A stretch of DNA of 64,000 bases from Candidatus Zambryskiibacteriota bacterium (GTDB lineage Bacteria > Patescibacteriota > Minisyncoccia > Phycocordibacterales > WO2-35-19). The stretch spans positions 27 through 64,026 of the forward strand of contig JASNZL010000008.1 of assembly GCA_048499675.1 (NCBI GenBank). Reading direction: 5' to 3'. The position numbers and the translations under genes are program-made. The notes below the pieces were generated by a model. The model ran no database searches. It saw only the letters and a program-made list of their open reading frames with translations, and was not told the origin of the DNA. Positions 20,273-30,198 of this stretch are shown here, piece by piece (positions within the stretch are counted from its first letter, which is position 1; each line of letters starts with the position of its first letter).

Positions 20273-22078
20273 ATGTTTGATTTTTTTAAGAAAAAAGAAA
20301 AAGAAAGTTTAACGGCTATTTCAATATTGCCGAAATCTATTACTGAAAGCTCGGAGCTAGAACTACAAGATATTTTGGCACCAAGTGCCTTAAAGGTTAA
20401 TGCAAAAGAGTTAAACCTTGGTGAAAAATTAGTTAGAAGTTTTTTTGTTATATCTTATCCTCGTTTTCTTAATGAAGATTGGTTTGCTCCGATTATAAAT
20501 ATGGATAAAATGTTTGATATTTCAATATTTATACATCCATTAGAAACGGCAAAAATATTAAGAAATTTCCAAAAAAAGGTCGCGGAGGTGCAGAGCCAAA
20601 TAAGAATGAGAGAGGAAAAAGGTTTGGTGAGAGACCCAATGCTTGATACGGCATACCAAGACCTAGAAAACCTGCGTGACGAGCTCCAGCAGGCCCAAGA
20701 AAAAATGTTTGAGGTTGGTTTATATATTTCAGTCTATGCAAACAACAGCGAAGAGTTGGACAAAGTTGGATCAGAAATAAAATCCATATTGGAATCAAAA
20801 CTTGTATACGTAAAACCAGCGCTTTTCCAACAAGAACAAGGTTTTGAGAGTATTCTTCCAATTGCAAAAGATGAGCTAAATGTACACTCAAAAATAAATT
20901 CTTCACCACTTTCAAGTATTTTCCCATTTATATCTTTTGACCTAACTTCTGACAAAGGAATACTCTATGGTATCAACAGGCACAATTCTTCTTTGATTTT
21001 GTTTGATAGATTTTCATTAGAAAACTATAACTCTATTACTTTTGCAAAATCTGGTTCTGGTAAATCATATGCCACAAAATTGGAAATAATAAGGACACTA
21101 ATGTTTGACACAGAAGTAATTGTTATTGACCCAGAAAACGAATATGAATATATGGCCGAAGCGATAGGGGGTAGGTATTTTAATATTTCTCTAAACTCCG
21201 ACCACCACATCAACCCATTTGAACTTCCTGTCCCTGGTGAAGACGAGTCCGGCGCTTCAGTTTTGAGAAGTAAGATTATAAATCTAGTGGGATTGTTTAG
21301 AATCATGATGGGCGGTCTTACAGCTGAAGAAGATGCGATTATAGACCGCGCAATCACAGAAACCTATGCCCTCAAAGATATTACTCCGGATTCTGATTTT
21401 GCAAATGTTGAACCCCCACTTCTTTCTGATTTTGAAATGGTATTGAGTGGTATGGAAGGAGGGGAATCATTGGCCCAAAGACTAACCAAGTACACAAAAG
21501 GAACTTGGTCCAACTTTATAAACAGACCTTCAAACATAGACATAAACAAAAAATTTGTCGTCTTTTCTATTAGAGATATGGAGGACGAACTCAAACCCGT
21601 TGCGATGTATATCGTGACCCACTATATCTGGAACGCTATCAGGAGAAATATCAAAAAGAGACTTCTTGTTATTGACGAAGCTTGGTGGATGATGAAATCA
21701 GAAGATACTGCGTCATTTTTGCTTTCGCTTGCAAAAAGAGGTAGGAAATATTACTTGGGACTTGCCACAATCACACAGGATGTTGATGACTTTTTGAAAT
21801 CACCTTACGGAACTCCCATAATTACAAACTCATCAATTCAAGTACTCTTGAAACAGTCACCAACTTCAATAGACAGACTTCAAGAAGTTTTCAATCTAAC
21901 AGACGAAGAAAAATATCTACTTATAGAATCTGGAGTAGGGGAAGGAATATTCTTTGCTGGTCTCAAACACGTAGCTATCAAAATAATTGCTTCTTATACA
22001 GAAGATCAAATAATCACATCTGACCCATCTCAAATTTTGGCTATGAAAAAAGCCAAAAGAGAAGCAGAACTTGAATAA
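20273..22078 (+). CDS. VirB4-like ATPase
   Basis: Walker A AKSGSGKS, VIDPENEY, Walker B LLVIDEAW, KRGRKY, ITQDV. Confidence 0.92.
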   Translation: MFDFFKKKEKESLTAISILPKSITESSELELQDILAPSALKVNAKELNLGEKLVRSFFVISYPRFLNEDWFAPIINMDKMFDISIFIHPLETAKILRNFQKKVAEVQSQIRMREEKGLVRDPMLDTAYQDLENLRDELQQAQEKMFEVGLYISVYANNSEELDKVGSEIKSILESKLVYVKPALFQQEQGFESILPIAKDELNVHSKINSSPLSSIFPFISFDLTSDKGILYGINRHNSSLILFDRFSLENYNSITFAKSGSGKSYATKLEIIRTLMFDTEVIVIDPENEYEYMAEAIGGRYFNISLNSDHHINPFELPVPGEDESGASVLRSKIINLVGLFRIMMGGLTAEEDAIIDRAITETYALKDITPDSDFANVEPPLLSDFEMVLSGMEGGESLAQRLTKYTKGTWSNFINRPSNIDINKKFVVFSIRDMEDELKPVAMYIVTHYIWNAIRRNIKKRLLVIDEAWWMMKSEDTASFLLSLAKRGRKYYLGLATITQDVDDFLKSPYGTPIITNSSIQVLLKQSPTSIDRLQEVFNLTDEEKYLLIESGVGEGIFFAGLKHVAIKIIASYTEDQIITSDPSQILAMKKAKREAELE

Positions 22079-22353
22079 AGAAGGGGTAGAAGCTCGTAAA
22101 ATTGAAAAAATTATTCTAATTTCTAATTAACCTAATTATCCTAAAAAAATCCTAAATTCTAAATTCTAAATTTGGAAGTTTTAAATTTTGGATTTTGAAT
22201 TTCTGATTTGCTTGCCCTGTAAAAGCTTGCTTTTATTCGAGTTTAGTATTTCGGATTTAGAATTTAGAATTTTATCGTATCTCGTACTTCGTAACTCGTA
22301 CTTCGTTTGCCTTCATATCGTGTTTTATTTTAAACTCTTGATATAATATCCTT

Positions 22354-23361
22354 ATGGATGAAGCTATAGAACAAAATGCTGGCATACAAAGAGAACCTCT
22401 AATAAGGCCTGTTCGTAAGTATCCAAGAGAAAAAGAAGTAAAACATAGAATTAAAATATGGATGGCTTACTGCCTTATTGTTTTTGCTGTAATGATAGAC
22501 TTCGCTGAGTTGGGCACTACTTATATTGGAGTTGTGGTTATTGGTGGGATTTTAAGCAATCTAATTGCAGCTTTTGCCACAACCGTTTTTTGGATTTGGT
22601 TTTTGATACTAGGAGTCCCTTATTCTGCTAATACCAAAAGGTTTGGTGTAATGGTGGTGACTCACGTTGCAGAGTATGTCCCCGTGGCTGATGCTTTGCC
22701 GTTTTGGTTTATGTGGACAATAGGTATGGCGGTTACTATAGGAATGGTGAGGATGGAGGATAAGGGAGAAAAACCAACAATTCTTGGTGGGATATTAGAA
22801 ATATTATCGATAACAGCACCATCTCCAGGTATTTCCATTTTAAAAAAAATTACCAGCTCTCAATTGGTTCTTAATAAAATACATAATGTAAAGTACGCTA
22901 AACAAATTAATAGTATGGATAGATTAGGGAGTGTAGAATCTGGCACAAAAGGTAATTCCAAAACATTAGATTTAAGAAATAAAAATACTCACTCTGGTTA
23001 TTCTCTAAAAAAACGGCCCCCTACGAACCAATCTGCTCAATCGCAACAAAAATTGAATAGATTACAATCTGACATTAGTAGATATCAAGCAGAGATACAA
23101 CAAAAAGAAAGAGAGTTGGCACAAAAAGAACAACACTACAAGGAAAATGAGGACGGTTTTACTCGTGGCCTCGAAATAATTCGTTCAACCAGAGATATTA
23201 ACAAAGAAGAAGAAGCCAGATACTTTAGGGAACATAGTTCAAGAATGACCTCTTTCTACCAAGACATAGACAAACTAAAATCCAGCATAGCAGGACTTAA
23301 AAAACTAATCTCTCAATTACAAAATGAAATATCGATATCCCAATCAAAAACTGTAACTTAA
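22354..23361 (+). CDS. Hypothetical membrane protein with C-terminal coiled coil
   Basis: N-terminal TM helices, heptad-rich Q/E/K C-terminus. Confidence 0.75.
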   Translation: MDEAIEQNAGIQREPLIRPVRKYPREKEVKHRIKIWMAYCLIVFAVMIDFAELGTTYIGVVVIGGILSNLIAAFATTVFWIWFLILGVPYSANTKRFGVMVVTHVAEYVPVADALPFWFMWTIGMAVTIGMVRMEDKGEKPTILGGILEILSITAPSPGISILKKITSSQLVLNKIHNVKYAKQINSMDRLGSVESGTKGNSKTLDLRNKNTHSGYSLKKRPPTNQSAQSQQKLNRLQSDISRYQAEIQQKERELAQKEQHYKENEDGFTRGLEIIRSTRDINKEEEARYFREHSSRMTSFYQDIDKLKSSIAGLKKLISQLQNEISISQSKTVT

Positions 23362-23509
23362 GACAAATGAAATCTCCTCAAACCAAACCTCAAGCAACAA
23401 ATACAAGCAATGTATTAAATCTAAAAAAGGTTGCCTAAATTGTTTTCTTATCTAATTTCGTTTCCACAAAACCAAAACAAAAAAATAACTACCGTAGTAT
23501 AATTAAACT

Positions 23510-24493
23510 ATGATAAAAAATATCGGAATTATAATAACTTTTTTACTCTTGGTACCTGTCTTTACCTTTGCTCAACAAATAAATATTCCTTTTGCACTGT
23601 CAAACGAGCTTAATGTTGATGTAAACCCAGATTATCCAAGACCAAACGAGAATACAACCATTTCACTATCACTTTATTCTGATGATTTGACTACAGCAAC
23701 CATCTCTTGGTATCAAGACGACGAACTAGTTTTGAGTGGTATAGGCAAGACTATTCACCAATTCACAATGGGCAATGTGGGCGAGGAAACAAAAATACGA
23801 ATAGTGATTAATTTGCTTAACGGAATTAGTTTTTCAAAACAACTAAGCTTTACGCCAGCAAGCGTTGATCTTGTTTGGGAAGCAGAAAGCTATGTACACC
23901 CATTTTACAAAGGCAAGGCGCTACACCCAAGACAAGGATCTATAAAGGTGGTAGCAGTGCCCGAGTTTTATAGAAATGGAAACAAAGTTCCGGCTGAAAA
24001 TTTGGTCTACACATGGACCAATGGTTTAAAGGCAGTCCAAAACCAATCAGGATACGGCAGGAATGTTGTTTTTTTGGACGGTTCTCTTTTTGGTAGAACC
24101 GAGAGAATAGAAGTGATAGTGGTCGACCCTATAAACAATCTGGTTGCTAGTCAAGTAATTAACATAGCACCAACTGCACCGGAGATACTTTTTTACGAAA
24201 ATAATCCCTATTATGGTTACTTATTTGATGTTGCGATTCCAAATCAATTCAAACTTGTTTCAGATGAGGTAGAGATAGTTGCTTCACCTTATTTCTTTAC
24301 AAAGGAAGACGTGCCTTTTTTCAATTACAACTGGCGCATCAACAACAGTTCCGTTCCTTCTATAGCTGACTCAATGAGTGCAATTTTTAGAAGACCAGAA
24401 GAGAGTGGACGTTCACAAGTTTCTTTGGAAATTGCAAATCAAAGCCGATTATTACAACAAGCACAAAAAAGTTTTTCAATAAATTTTGATTAA
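23510..24493 (+). CDS. Secreted hypothetical protein (Ig-like beta domains)
   Basis: Signal peptide, VDLVWEAESYVHPFYKGKAL, beta-rich repeats. Confidence 0.78.
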   Translation: MIKNIGIIITFLLLVPVFTFAQQINIPFALSNELNVDVNPDYPRPNENTTISLSLYSDDLTTATISWYQDDELVLSGIGKTIHQFTMGNVGEETKIRIVINLLNGISFSKQLSFTPASVDLVWEAESYVHPFYKGKALHPRQGSIKVVAVPEFYRNGNKVPAENLVYTWTNGLKAVQNQSGYGRNVVFLDGSLFGRTERIEVIVVDPINNLVASQVINIAPTAPEILFYENNPYYGYLFDVAIPNQFKLVSDEVEIVASPYFFTKEDVPFFNYNWRINNSSVPSIADSMSAIFRRPEESGRSQVSLEIANQSRLLQQAQKSFSINFD

Positions 24494-24496
24494 AAT

Positions 24497-25501
24497 ATGA
24501 AAAAAACATTTATTAATACAACCTTTATCATTTTTGCATTTGCACTTCTTTTGTTCTCTCCTTTTTATATAGAGGTTGCACTTGCACAACCAACACCAAC
24601 CCCAACATCTGCCACAACAGCTGAGGATCCTTATACCCTCCTAGCACCAATTCCTTGCGTTGGCGGTAATTGCTCTGGTGATTTGGCAACAAACACAACC
24701 TTACCTCAATACGTAAAAGGCTTTATCCAATTATCAATTGGTATTTCCGCTGTTTTTGCAATAGTTATGATAGTTATCGGCGGGTTCCAATATATGACTT
24801 CAGACGCTCTGCAAGGCAAACAAGATGGTAAAACCAGAATTAAAAACTCAGCAATAGGAATATTACTTATAGCAGCTTCTTTTATAATTTTACAAACAAT
24901 AAATCCAGACTTGCTTGACATAAAACTAAAAATTGATGCGAGTCCGACCGCGCAGAGTGGTACCCAGACAGGAACACTTGTTGCCGGCGGGACTTGCACA
25001 ACCTGTGTACCACTTGATAGTTCTTTATCTTCGGTTCTTAAGCGCGGCCAAGGAACACAAATACTACCAGATACCAACACAAAGCTTGTCGCATTAAACA
25101 ACACTCTGAAAGAAGAAAATATTTCATGGTGGATTTCTGAAGCGTACCCACCAACAGTAAAGCATGCAAATGTTTGTCATTCTGCTGGCACCTGCATTGA
25201 CGCAAATTTCACAAATACTAGTAAGCCTAGGACAAGTGATTTTGAATCTCTAACTGAACCAGAAAGGACTCAGCATGCAAAGAATATAAATAGCTTTATC
25301 GACTCGGCGGAAAGTGCAAACTTAAGAGCAATATATGAGGTACCAACTAGCGCCAGGAGAGATCTTTTAATACAAGCAGGGGTTCCAGCAAATAGAATAA
25401 TTACTGTTATAAAATCAGACGGCGCACCTATAGAGCCACACTTTTCGGTATATAATTGTTCTGCCCACCCAGAAAGCTGTAGAACCTTGCCAAGACCATA
25501 A
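24497..25501 (+). CDS. Patescibacteria T4SS pilin-domain protein with a C-terminal M15-like domain
   Basis: YTLLAP, IVIGGFQYMTS..GK.RIKN..IG.L...S..IL..INPDL pilin signature; C-terminal H.xCHxxGTCID...HFS. Confidence 0.75.
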   Translation: MKKTFINTTFIIFAFALLLFSPFYIEVALAQPTPTPTSATTAEDPYTLLAPIPCVGGNCSGDLATNTTLPQYVKGFIQLSIGISAVFAIVMIVIGGFQYMTSDALQGKQDGKTRIKNSAIGILLIAASFIILQTINPDLLDIKLKIDASPTAQSGTQTGTLVAGGTCTTCVPLDSSLSSVLKRGQGTQILPDTNTKLVALNNTLKEENISWWISEAYPPTVKHANVCHSAGTCIDANFTNTSKPRTSDFESLTEPERTQHAKNINSFIDSAESANLRAIYEVPTSARRDLLIQAGVPANRIITVIKSDGAPIEPHFSVYNCSAHPESCRTLPRP

Positions 25502-25506
25502 TAAAC

Positions 25507-26766
25507 ATGAAAAAAATATTACTTATAGTTGGAATAATATTGATAATCGGAATAGTAATATTCTTTATGTTTGGTATGGGAGGATCACAACAAGAAGGGG
25601 AGAGTAGGATTGGTTTTTCTTTACAAGAATTTTTTCCTTTTGGTAGAAGCGGGGATAGTAGCACGACCGCCACCGAAAATACATTCCCAATAAATGAAAA
25701 CGAAAGTTTTGGTGGCTCTGAAACGGACGAAAACAAACCGATACCAAGACTAAGAAAACTTTCTGGGGAACCTGTAGCTGGGTCAATAATGTTTAATGTG
25801 GGGACAACAAGCGTTGTAAGGTTTATAGAAAAAGGCACAGGTAATGTATATGAGGCAAGATCGGATTCAAACAAAATAGAGCGACTAACAAACACAACCA
25901 TTCCAAAAATTATAAGGGCTTTTTGGTTGCCAAATGGCACAGGTTTTTTGGCACAAACTCTAATTCCAAACACAGAAATAATAGAGACAAGTTTTGTTAA
26001 ATTAAACCAAAGAAACGGCGAGGATTCATTAGGTGAAGTCTTGACCCCTTATGTAACATCTATCGCCAAACTACCCACAGGGATAAAAGAAATATCTATC
26101 AGACCAGATGGTGCCAAGATTTTTTATTACATACAAAATAGGAATTATACAAATTGGTATATATCAAATCCTGACGGAACAGGGAGTGAGATGGTTTATG
26201 CTCACAACCTAGCCGAGTGGTTACCTAAATGGATATCTACAAACACTATTATTATGCAGACCAAGAGTAGTTATATTGCTCCATCTTACACATACACATT
26301 TAGTCCACAAACAAAAATATTAAAAAAACAAGGTTTTGGTTATAACGGGCTTTCACTTTTACCAAAACAAGATAATTTGTTTAGTTTAATATCAATCGGT
26401 GGCATCAACACAGATTTGTATTTACTTAACAACAATACCTTTGAAACAAGTGCCTTGGTATCAAGTGCTATAGCAGAAAAATGTGTCTGGTCAAAAACGG
26501 AGGATATGTTTATTTACTGCGCTGTTCCAAACTCACTACCAAACAGCACCTATCCTGATTCTTGGTACAAAGGAATTATAAGGACTGAGGATTCAATTAG
26601 AAAGATAGATTTAAATAACAACATTTTTTACAATGTTATTGATCTAAAGAGGGAATCGGAAGAAGAAATAGATGTTGTTGATGTTTTAATTTCTTCAGAC
26701 GACACCCATCTCATATTCAGGAATAAAACCGATGGATTTTTGTGGATACTTCGAGTAGAAGACTAG
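25507..26766 (+). CDS. Membrane-anchored beta-propeller (TolB-like) hypothetical protein
   Basis: N-terminal TM, SIRPDGAKIFY, SNPDGT, EKCVWS, YCAVP, PDSWYKG. Confidence 0.75.
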   Translation: MKKILLIVGIILIIGIVIFFMFGMGGSQQEGESRIGFSLQEFFPFGRSGDSSTTATENTFPINENESFGGSETDENKPIPRLRKLSGEPVAGSIMFNVGTTSVVRFIEKGTGNVYEARSDSNKIERLTNTTIPKIIRAFWLPNGTGFLAQTLIPNTEIIETSFVKLNQRNGEDSLGEVLTPYVTSIAKLPTGIKEISIRPDGAKIFYYIQNRNYTNWYISNPDGTGSEMVYAHNLAEWLPKWISTNTIIMQTKSSYIAPSYTYTFSPQTKILKKQGFGYNGLSLLPKQDNLFSLISIGGINTDLYLLNNNTFETSALVSSAIAEKCVWSKTEDMFIYCAVPNSLPNSTYPDSWYKGIIRTEDSIRKIDLNNNIFYNVIDLKRESEEEIDVVDVLISSDDTHLIFRNKTDGFLWILRVED

Positions 26767-26795
26767 GAGCGCCATCTAACAATTATTTGCCTGTT

Positions 26796-27188
26796 CTATA
26801 GCAAAACTAGATTATAGACTAAACTTACTACTAGCAAGACAATTAGTATAATTTTGAATGAGTTTTTTTGTAAAATAGTTTTTTCTTTTTGTTCTCTGTT
26901 TTCTCTTATTTCCAACCCAAACAGTTTTCTATAATAGTGAACCATGCAAGATTTTTCATATTTTGAATCAGGAAAAATCTTTCTTCTTAGATCAAATTCT
27001 ATATTTGTGAGCACACATCTGCCGAAAAGAATTTCCGAAATAAATGTAAAGGTCCACAACACCAAAAAATAAACGAAGAGTTTGGGGAAGAGCCAACTAA
27101 AAACCACAGACAAGACCAGCAAGAAGTGTATTACAAATATAATATCTGCAACAAAGGTATACAAGAATATTTTATTTTTTGTGAGCAT
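26796..27188 (-). CDS. DUF2784-like small membrane protein
   Basis: ADIIFVIHF.., CVLTNIE..LR, VHY motifs. Confidence 0.65.
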   Translation of the reverse strand: MLTKNKIFLYTFVADIIFVIHFLLVLSVVFSWLFPKLFVYFLVLWTFTFISEILFGRCVLTNIEFDLRRKIFPDSKYEKSCMVHYYRKLFGLEIRENREQKEKTILQKNSFKIILIVLLVVSLVYNLVLL

Positions 27189-27195
27189 TCTGGTT

Positions 27196-27927
27196 TTATG
27201 ATACAACAACTTCTTCCTGCTCTTTTAGTTGGTTTTTTATATAGTAATCCTGAGCAGTACCCATTAGATTACTCACAAACCAATATAACGCAACCACACC
27301 AGAAATTTGCCATGATACAAAAAATACAATTATAGGAAGAGTGTATTTCATTTGCTTCATCATAATTTTTGAAAAATCTTCTTTATCTAGAGGTTTTGTA
27401 GATTTTTCTGGAGTATTCATAGATGACAAGTGCATCTGGAAATATGTACTAGCGCTCGCTAAAAGGGCGAGAATGATGCTTTTTTTGGAAACATCAACAA
27501 GACCCAAAAAATTCATAGATACGCTCGCTGGCTCTTTAACAAAAGAGTAGAGCAAGTCGGTATCTATGAGCGGTAGACCTGATTTAAAAAATATATAATA
27601 CAAAGAGTATATAATCGGTATTTGAAGTATAACAACACCAATACTAGAAAACGGATTGATCTTATTTTCTTTATAAAACTCCATTATTTTTATTGCTTGA
27701 ACCTGTTTATCTTTGTATTTTTCTTTTATTTCATTTAGCTCACCACCTTTTTCTCTCATTTTAATCTGAGTTACTATTGATTTTTTCGCTAGGGGATAGA
27801 GAATCATCTTTACAAAAACAGTAAGGAGCACCGCAGCAATCCCCGCATCTACCCAACTAAAATTCAGCATAAATACCAAAATATTATAAAGTGGTGTATA
27901 TATTATTATTTTGAAAAATTCTATCAT
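27196..27927 (-). CDS. yidC: Membrane protein insertase YidC (short form)
   Basis: LTVFVKMILYPL, YKENKINPF, LQIPI, FLGL.D, LYWFVSN; rpmH-rnpA-yidC synteny. Confidence 0.93.
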   Translation of the reverse strand: MIEFFKIIIYTPLYNILVFMLNFSWVDAGIAAVLLTVFVKMILYPLAKKSIVTQIKMREKGGELNEIKEKYKDKQVQAIKIMEFYKENKINPFSSIGVVILQIPIIYSLYYIFFKSGLPLIDTDLLYSFVKEPASVSMNFLGLVDVSKKSIILALLASASTYFQMHLSSMNTPEKSTKPLDKEDFSKIMMKQMKYTLPIIVFFVSWQISGVVALYWFVSNLMGTAQDYYIKNQLKEQEEVVVS

Positions 27928-28256
27928 TTGATTAGTTTAGCTTTTTTTAGGATATATTCCAAATTACTAAAAACTTCTTCTTTTTTTGTTGGGGTTTTGT
28001 TATAAGAAAAAATAGCCACTACACTCTTGTTTATTTCTGGAATAAATTTTGCTATTTCTGAATAGCCCCATCTTCTGTTTTTGTTCCTAATTACGGCCTT
28101 TTTGGCTATTTTTTTTGAAACAGAAAAACAAAACCTACTATTTGCCTCCTTGCTAGGGACAAATCTTAACAAAAAAAGGTCACTTCTAAATACATTTGCT
28201 CCCTTTTTCAACAAAGGAAACATTTCTATTGGTATTCTTTGTTTTTTATTAAGCAT
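27924..28256 (-). CDS. rnpA: Ribonuclease P protein component
   Basis: MLNKKQR, RFCFSVSKKIAKKAVIRNKNRR. Confidence 0.9.
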   Translation of the reverse strand: MLNKKQRIPIEMFPLLKKGANVFRSDLFLLRFVPSKEANSRFCFSVSKKIAKKAVIRNKNRRWGYSEIAKFIPEINKSVVAIFSYNKTPTKKEEVFSNLEYILKKAKLIK

Positions 28257-28262
28257 TAAAAG

Positions 28263-28397
28263 CTAAACGGATAATTTTTTTCTACCTTTCCTTCTTCTGC
28301 TTTGTAAAACTTTTGTGCCAGAAGTTGACTTACTTCTTTTCAAGAAACCATGCGCTCTTGCTCTCTTTCTTTTTTTGGGTTGATATGTTGTTGACAT
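28263..28397 (-). CDS. rpmH: 50S ribosomal protein L34 (not in the ORF track)
   Basis: Translates to [44 protein letters not shown]. Confidence 0.96.
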   Translation of the reverse strand: MSTTYQPKKRKRARAHGFLKRSKSTSGTKVLQSRRRKGRKKLSV

Positions 28398-28488
28398 CTT
28401 GTTTTATTTTAATCTCTTTATTAATTTATTAAATATAGGAATTTGATATTATGGCTACATAGAAAGTAAAAAGTGAATTAAAGCGGGA

Positions 28489-28537
28489 TTATCCACAGCT
28501 AATCATCCAAATCCTTACTATTCACAGATTATAAACA
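28489..28537. promoter_or_regulatory. DnaA boxes upstream of dnaA
   Basis: TTATCCACA at 28489-28497 plus degenerate CTATTCACA and TTATAAACA. Confidence 0.75.
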
Positions 28538-28650
28538 TATTTAACTATAAAAACAAGTTCCCTAAATTTGAATAAAATATATAATGGCAGACAAGCAAGA
28601 CATGATTTACTCTGAGTTAATATTAGTAAGAATAATATCTATCTAACCAA

Positions 28651-29994
28651 ATGGACACTCAAGAACTTTGGAACAACGTTTTAGCTAAAATAGAATCATC
28701 TGTTTCTAAAGCGAACTTTGCAACTTGGTTTAAAGACACTAAAATATCAGGTTTTGACGACGGTATAGTGTATTTGAGTGTACCAAACACATTTGTTCAA
28801 GAGTGGTTAACAAAAAAATTTCACCAAATAGTCCTTAAATTTCTCAGGGAGTCATCTGATTCTATTCATGGCTTGGAGTATGTAATAAAAGAAGAAGTAA
28901 AAACAAAAAATCAATATATTCCTACAAAAGGATCTTCCCCAACTAGAGAACTACCACTTTCCGAACTATATGTGAACAAGGAAGATAATTTGAATCCAAG
29001 ATACACGTTTGAAACATTTGTTGTTGGACCTTTTAATGAACTCGCGTTTGCAGCAGCTCAAGCTGTAATAAAAAATCCTGGCGTTACATACAACCCATTT
29101 TTTATTTATGGAAATACAGGACACGGCAAAACTCACCTTATACAGGCAATAGGAAATGCAATAAAAACTAATGACCCAACAAAAAAAATATTTTACTTCA
29201 CATCAGAAAAATTTTTAAACGACTATGTAGCGTCTGTACAATCCAACAAAGTTACCCAATTCAAGGAAAAATACAGAAAGTATGATGTTTTGATTATGGA
29301 TGATGTTCAATTCTTGTCTGGTAAAGAAAAAACTCAAGAGGAATTGTTCCATTTGTTCAACATAATGAGAGAGTCTAACAAACACATAGTATTTTCTTGT
29401 GATAAACACCCTAATTTTGTTACAGGACTAGAAGACAGGCTAAAATCAAGGTTTTCTTCTGGGATGGTTTTGGATATTCCTGCACCAGACCACGAATCTC
29501 GGGTGGCAATAATAAAAGCTAAGTGCTCTAGCATAAACCTTTATCTAGGAGACGATATAATTGATTATTTGGCTGACTCCATAAAAGGTAATATTAGGGA
29601 CTTAGAAGGGGTTATAAACCTAATAGTTTGCCAAACAGAGACAAAAAACAGGACACTTACATTAAACGAAATAAAAGATTTGGTTAAAAACAGTATCAAA
29701 CAAAAAAAATTGCTTTCCTATAAAGAAGTAGTAAAAATAATATCTGATTTTTATAAAATAGAAGAAGAGTCAATCTACGAAAAAACCAGAAAGAAGGAGG
29801 TTATAAAACCAAGACAAATAATAATGTATATTTTGCGAGAAGATTTTAGTATTTCTTATCCTTCAATAGGGGAGAAATTGGGAGGAAGAGACCACACAAC
29901 GGTTATCCACTCATGCGAGAAAATAAAAAAAGAAATCAAAGTTGATAATCTTTTAATGAAAGAAATTCAAGAAATCAGAGGTATGATAGGTTAA
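28651..29994 (+). CDS. dnaA: Chromosomal replication initiator DnaA
   Basis: LNPRYTFETFVVG, YNPFFIYGNTGHGKTHL, DDVQF, RLKSRF, GGRDHTTVIH. Confidence 0.98.
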   Translation: MDTQELWNNVLAKIESSVSKANFATWFKDTKISGFDDGIVYLSVPNTFVQEWLTKKFHQIVLKFLRESSDSIHGLEYVIKEEVKTKNQYIPTKGSSPTRELPLSELYVNKEDNLNPRYTFETFVVGPFNELAFAAAQAVIKNPGVTYNPFFIYGNTGHGKTHLIQAIGNAIKTNDPTKKIFYFTSEKFLNDYVASVQSNKVTQFKEKYRKYDVLIMDDVQFLSGKEKTQEELFHLFNIMRESNKHIVFSCDKHPNFVTGLEDRLKSRFSSGMVLDIPAPDHESRVAIIKAKCSSINLYLGDDIIDYLADSIKGNIRDLEGVINLIVCQTETKNRTLTLNEIKDLVKNSIKQKKLLSYKEVVKIISDFYKIEEESIYEKTRKKEVIKPRQIIMYILREDFSISYPSIGEKLGGRDHTTVIHSCEKIKKEIKVDNLLMKEIQEIRGMIG

Positions 29995-30198
29995 TAAGTT
30001 GTTAACAGATTGTTTATAAGTTGTATTAATTGTGTTTAGAGTTGGTGTATAAAAAACAATATTTTTATAACAACGAAGATATTCAAGTAGTTATACACAT
30101 AAACAAAAAATACTTATTCAAAAAATCCCTTTATTTAAAACATTTTAAAACTAATCAACTAATCCACATCTTTAATAATCTTTAATTAATTTAAATAT
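29995..30198. other. Putative oriC (dnaA-dnaN intergenic region)
   Basis: DnaA-box-like 9-mers (TGTTTATAA, TTATACACA at 30091, TAATCCACA at 30161) and AT-rich tracts. Confidence 0.7.

Noticed and set aside
23368-23439. 23-aa ORF MKSPQTKPQATNTSNVLNLKKVA as a displaced C-terminus of the upstream gene
   Set aside because: Too short to support without orthologue comparison.
13184-26766. Conjugative element or ICE
   Set aside because: No relaxase, VirD4 coupling protein or integrase in the locus; backbone-like GC; next to oriC; matches the chromosomal T4SS-like locus common in Patescibacteria.
27924-27927. Alternative genetic code (UGA read as Gly, as in some CPR lineages)
   Set aside because: rnpA ends in TGA overlapping the yidC ATG, other genes also end cleanly at TGA, and long genes are uninterrupted under the standard code.
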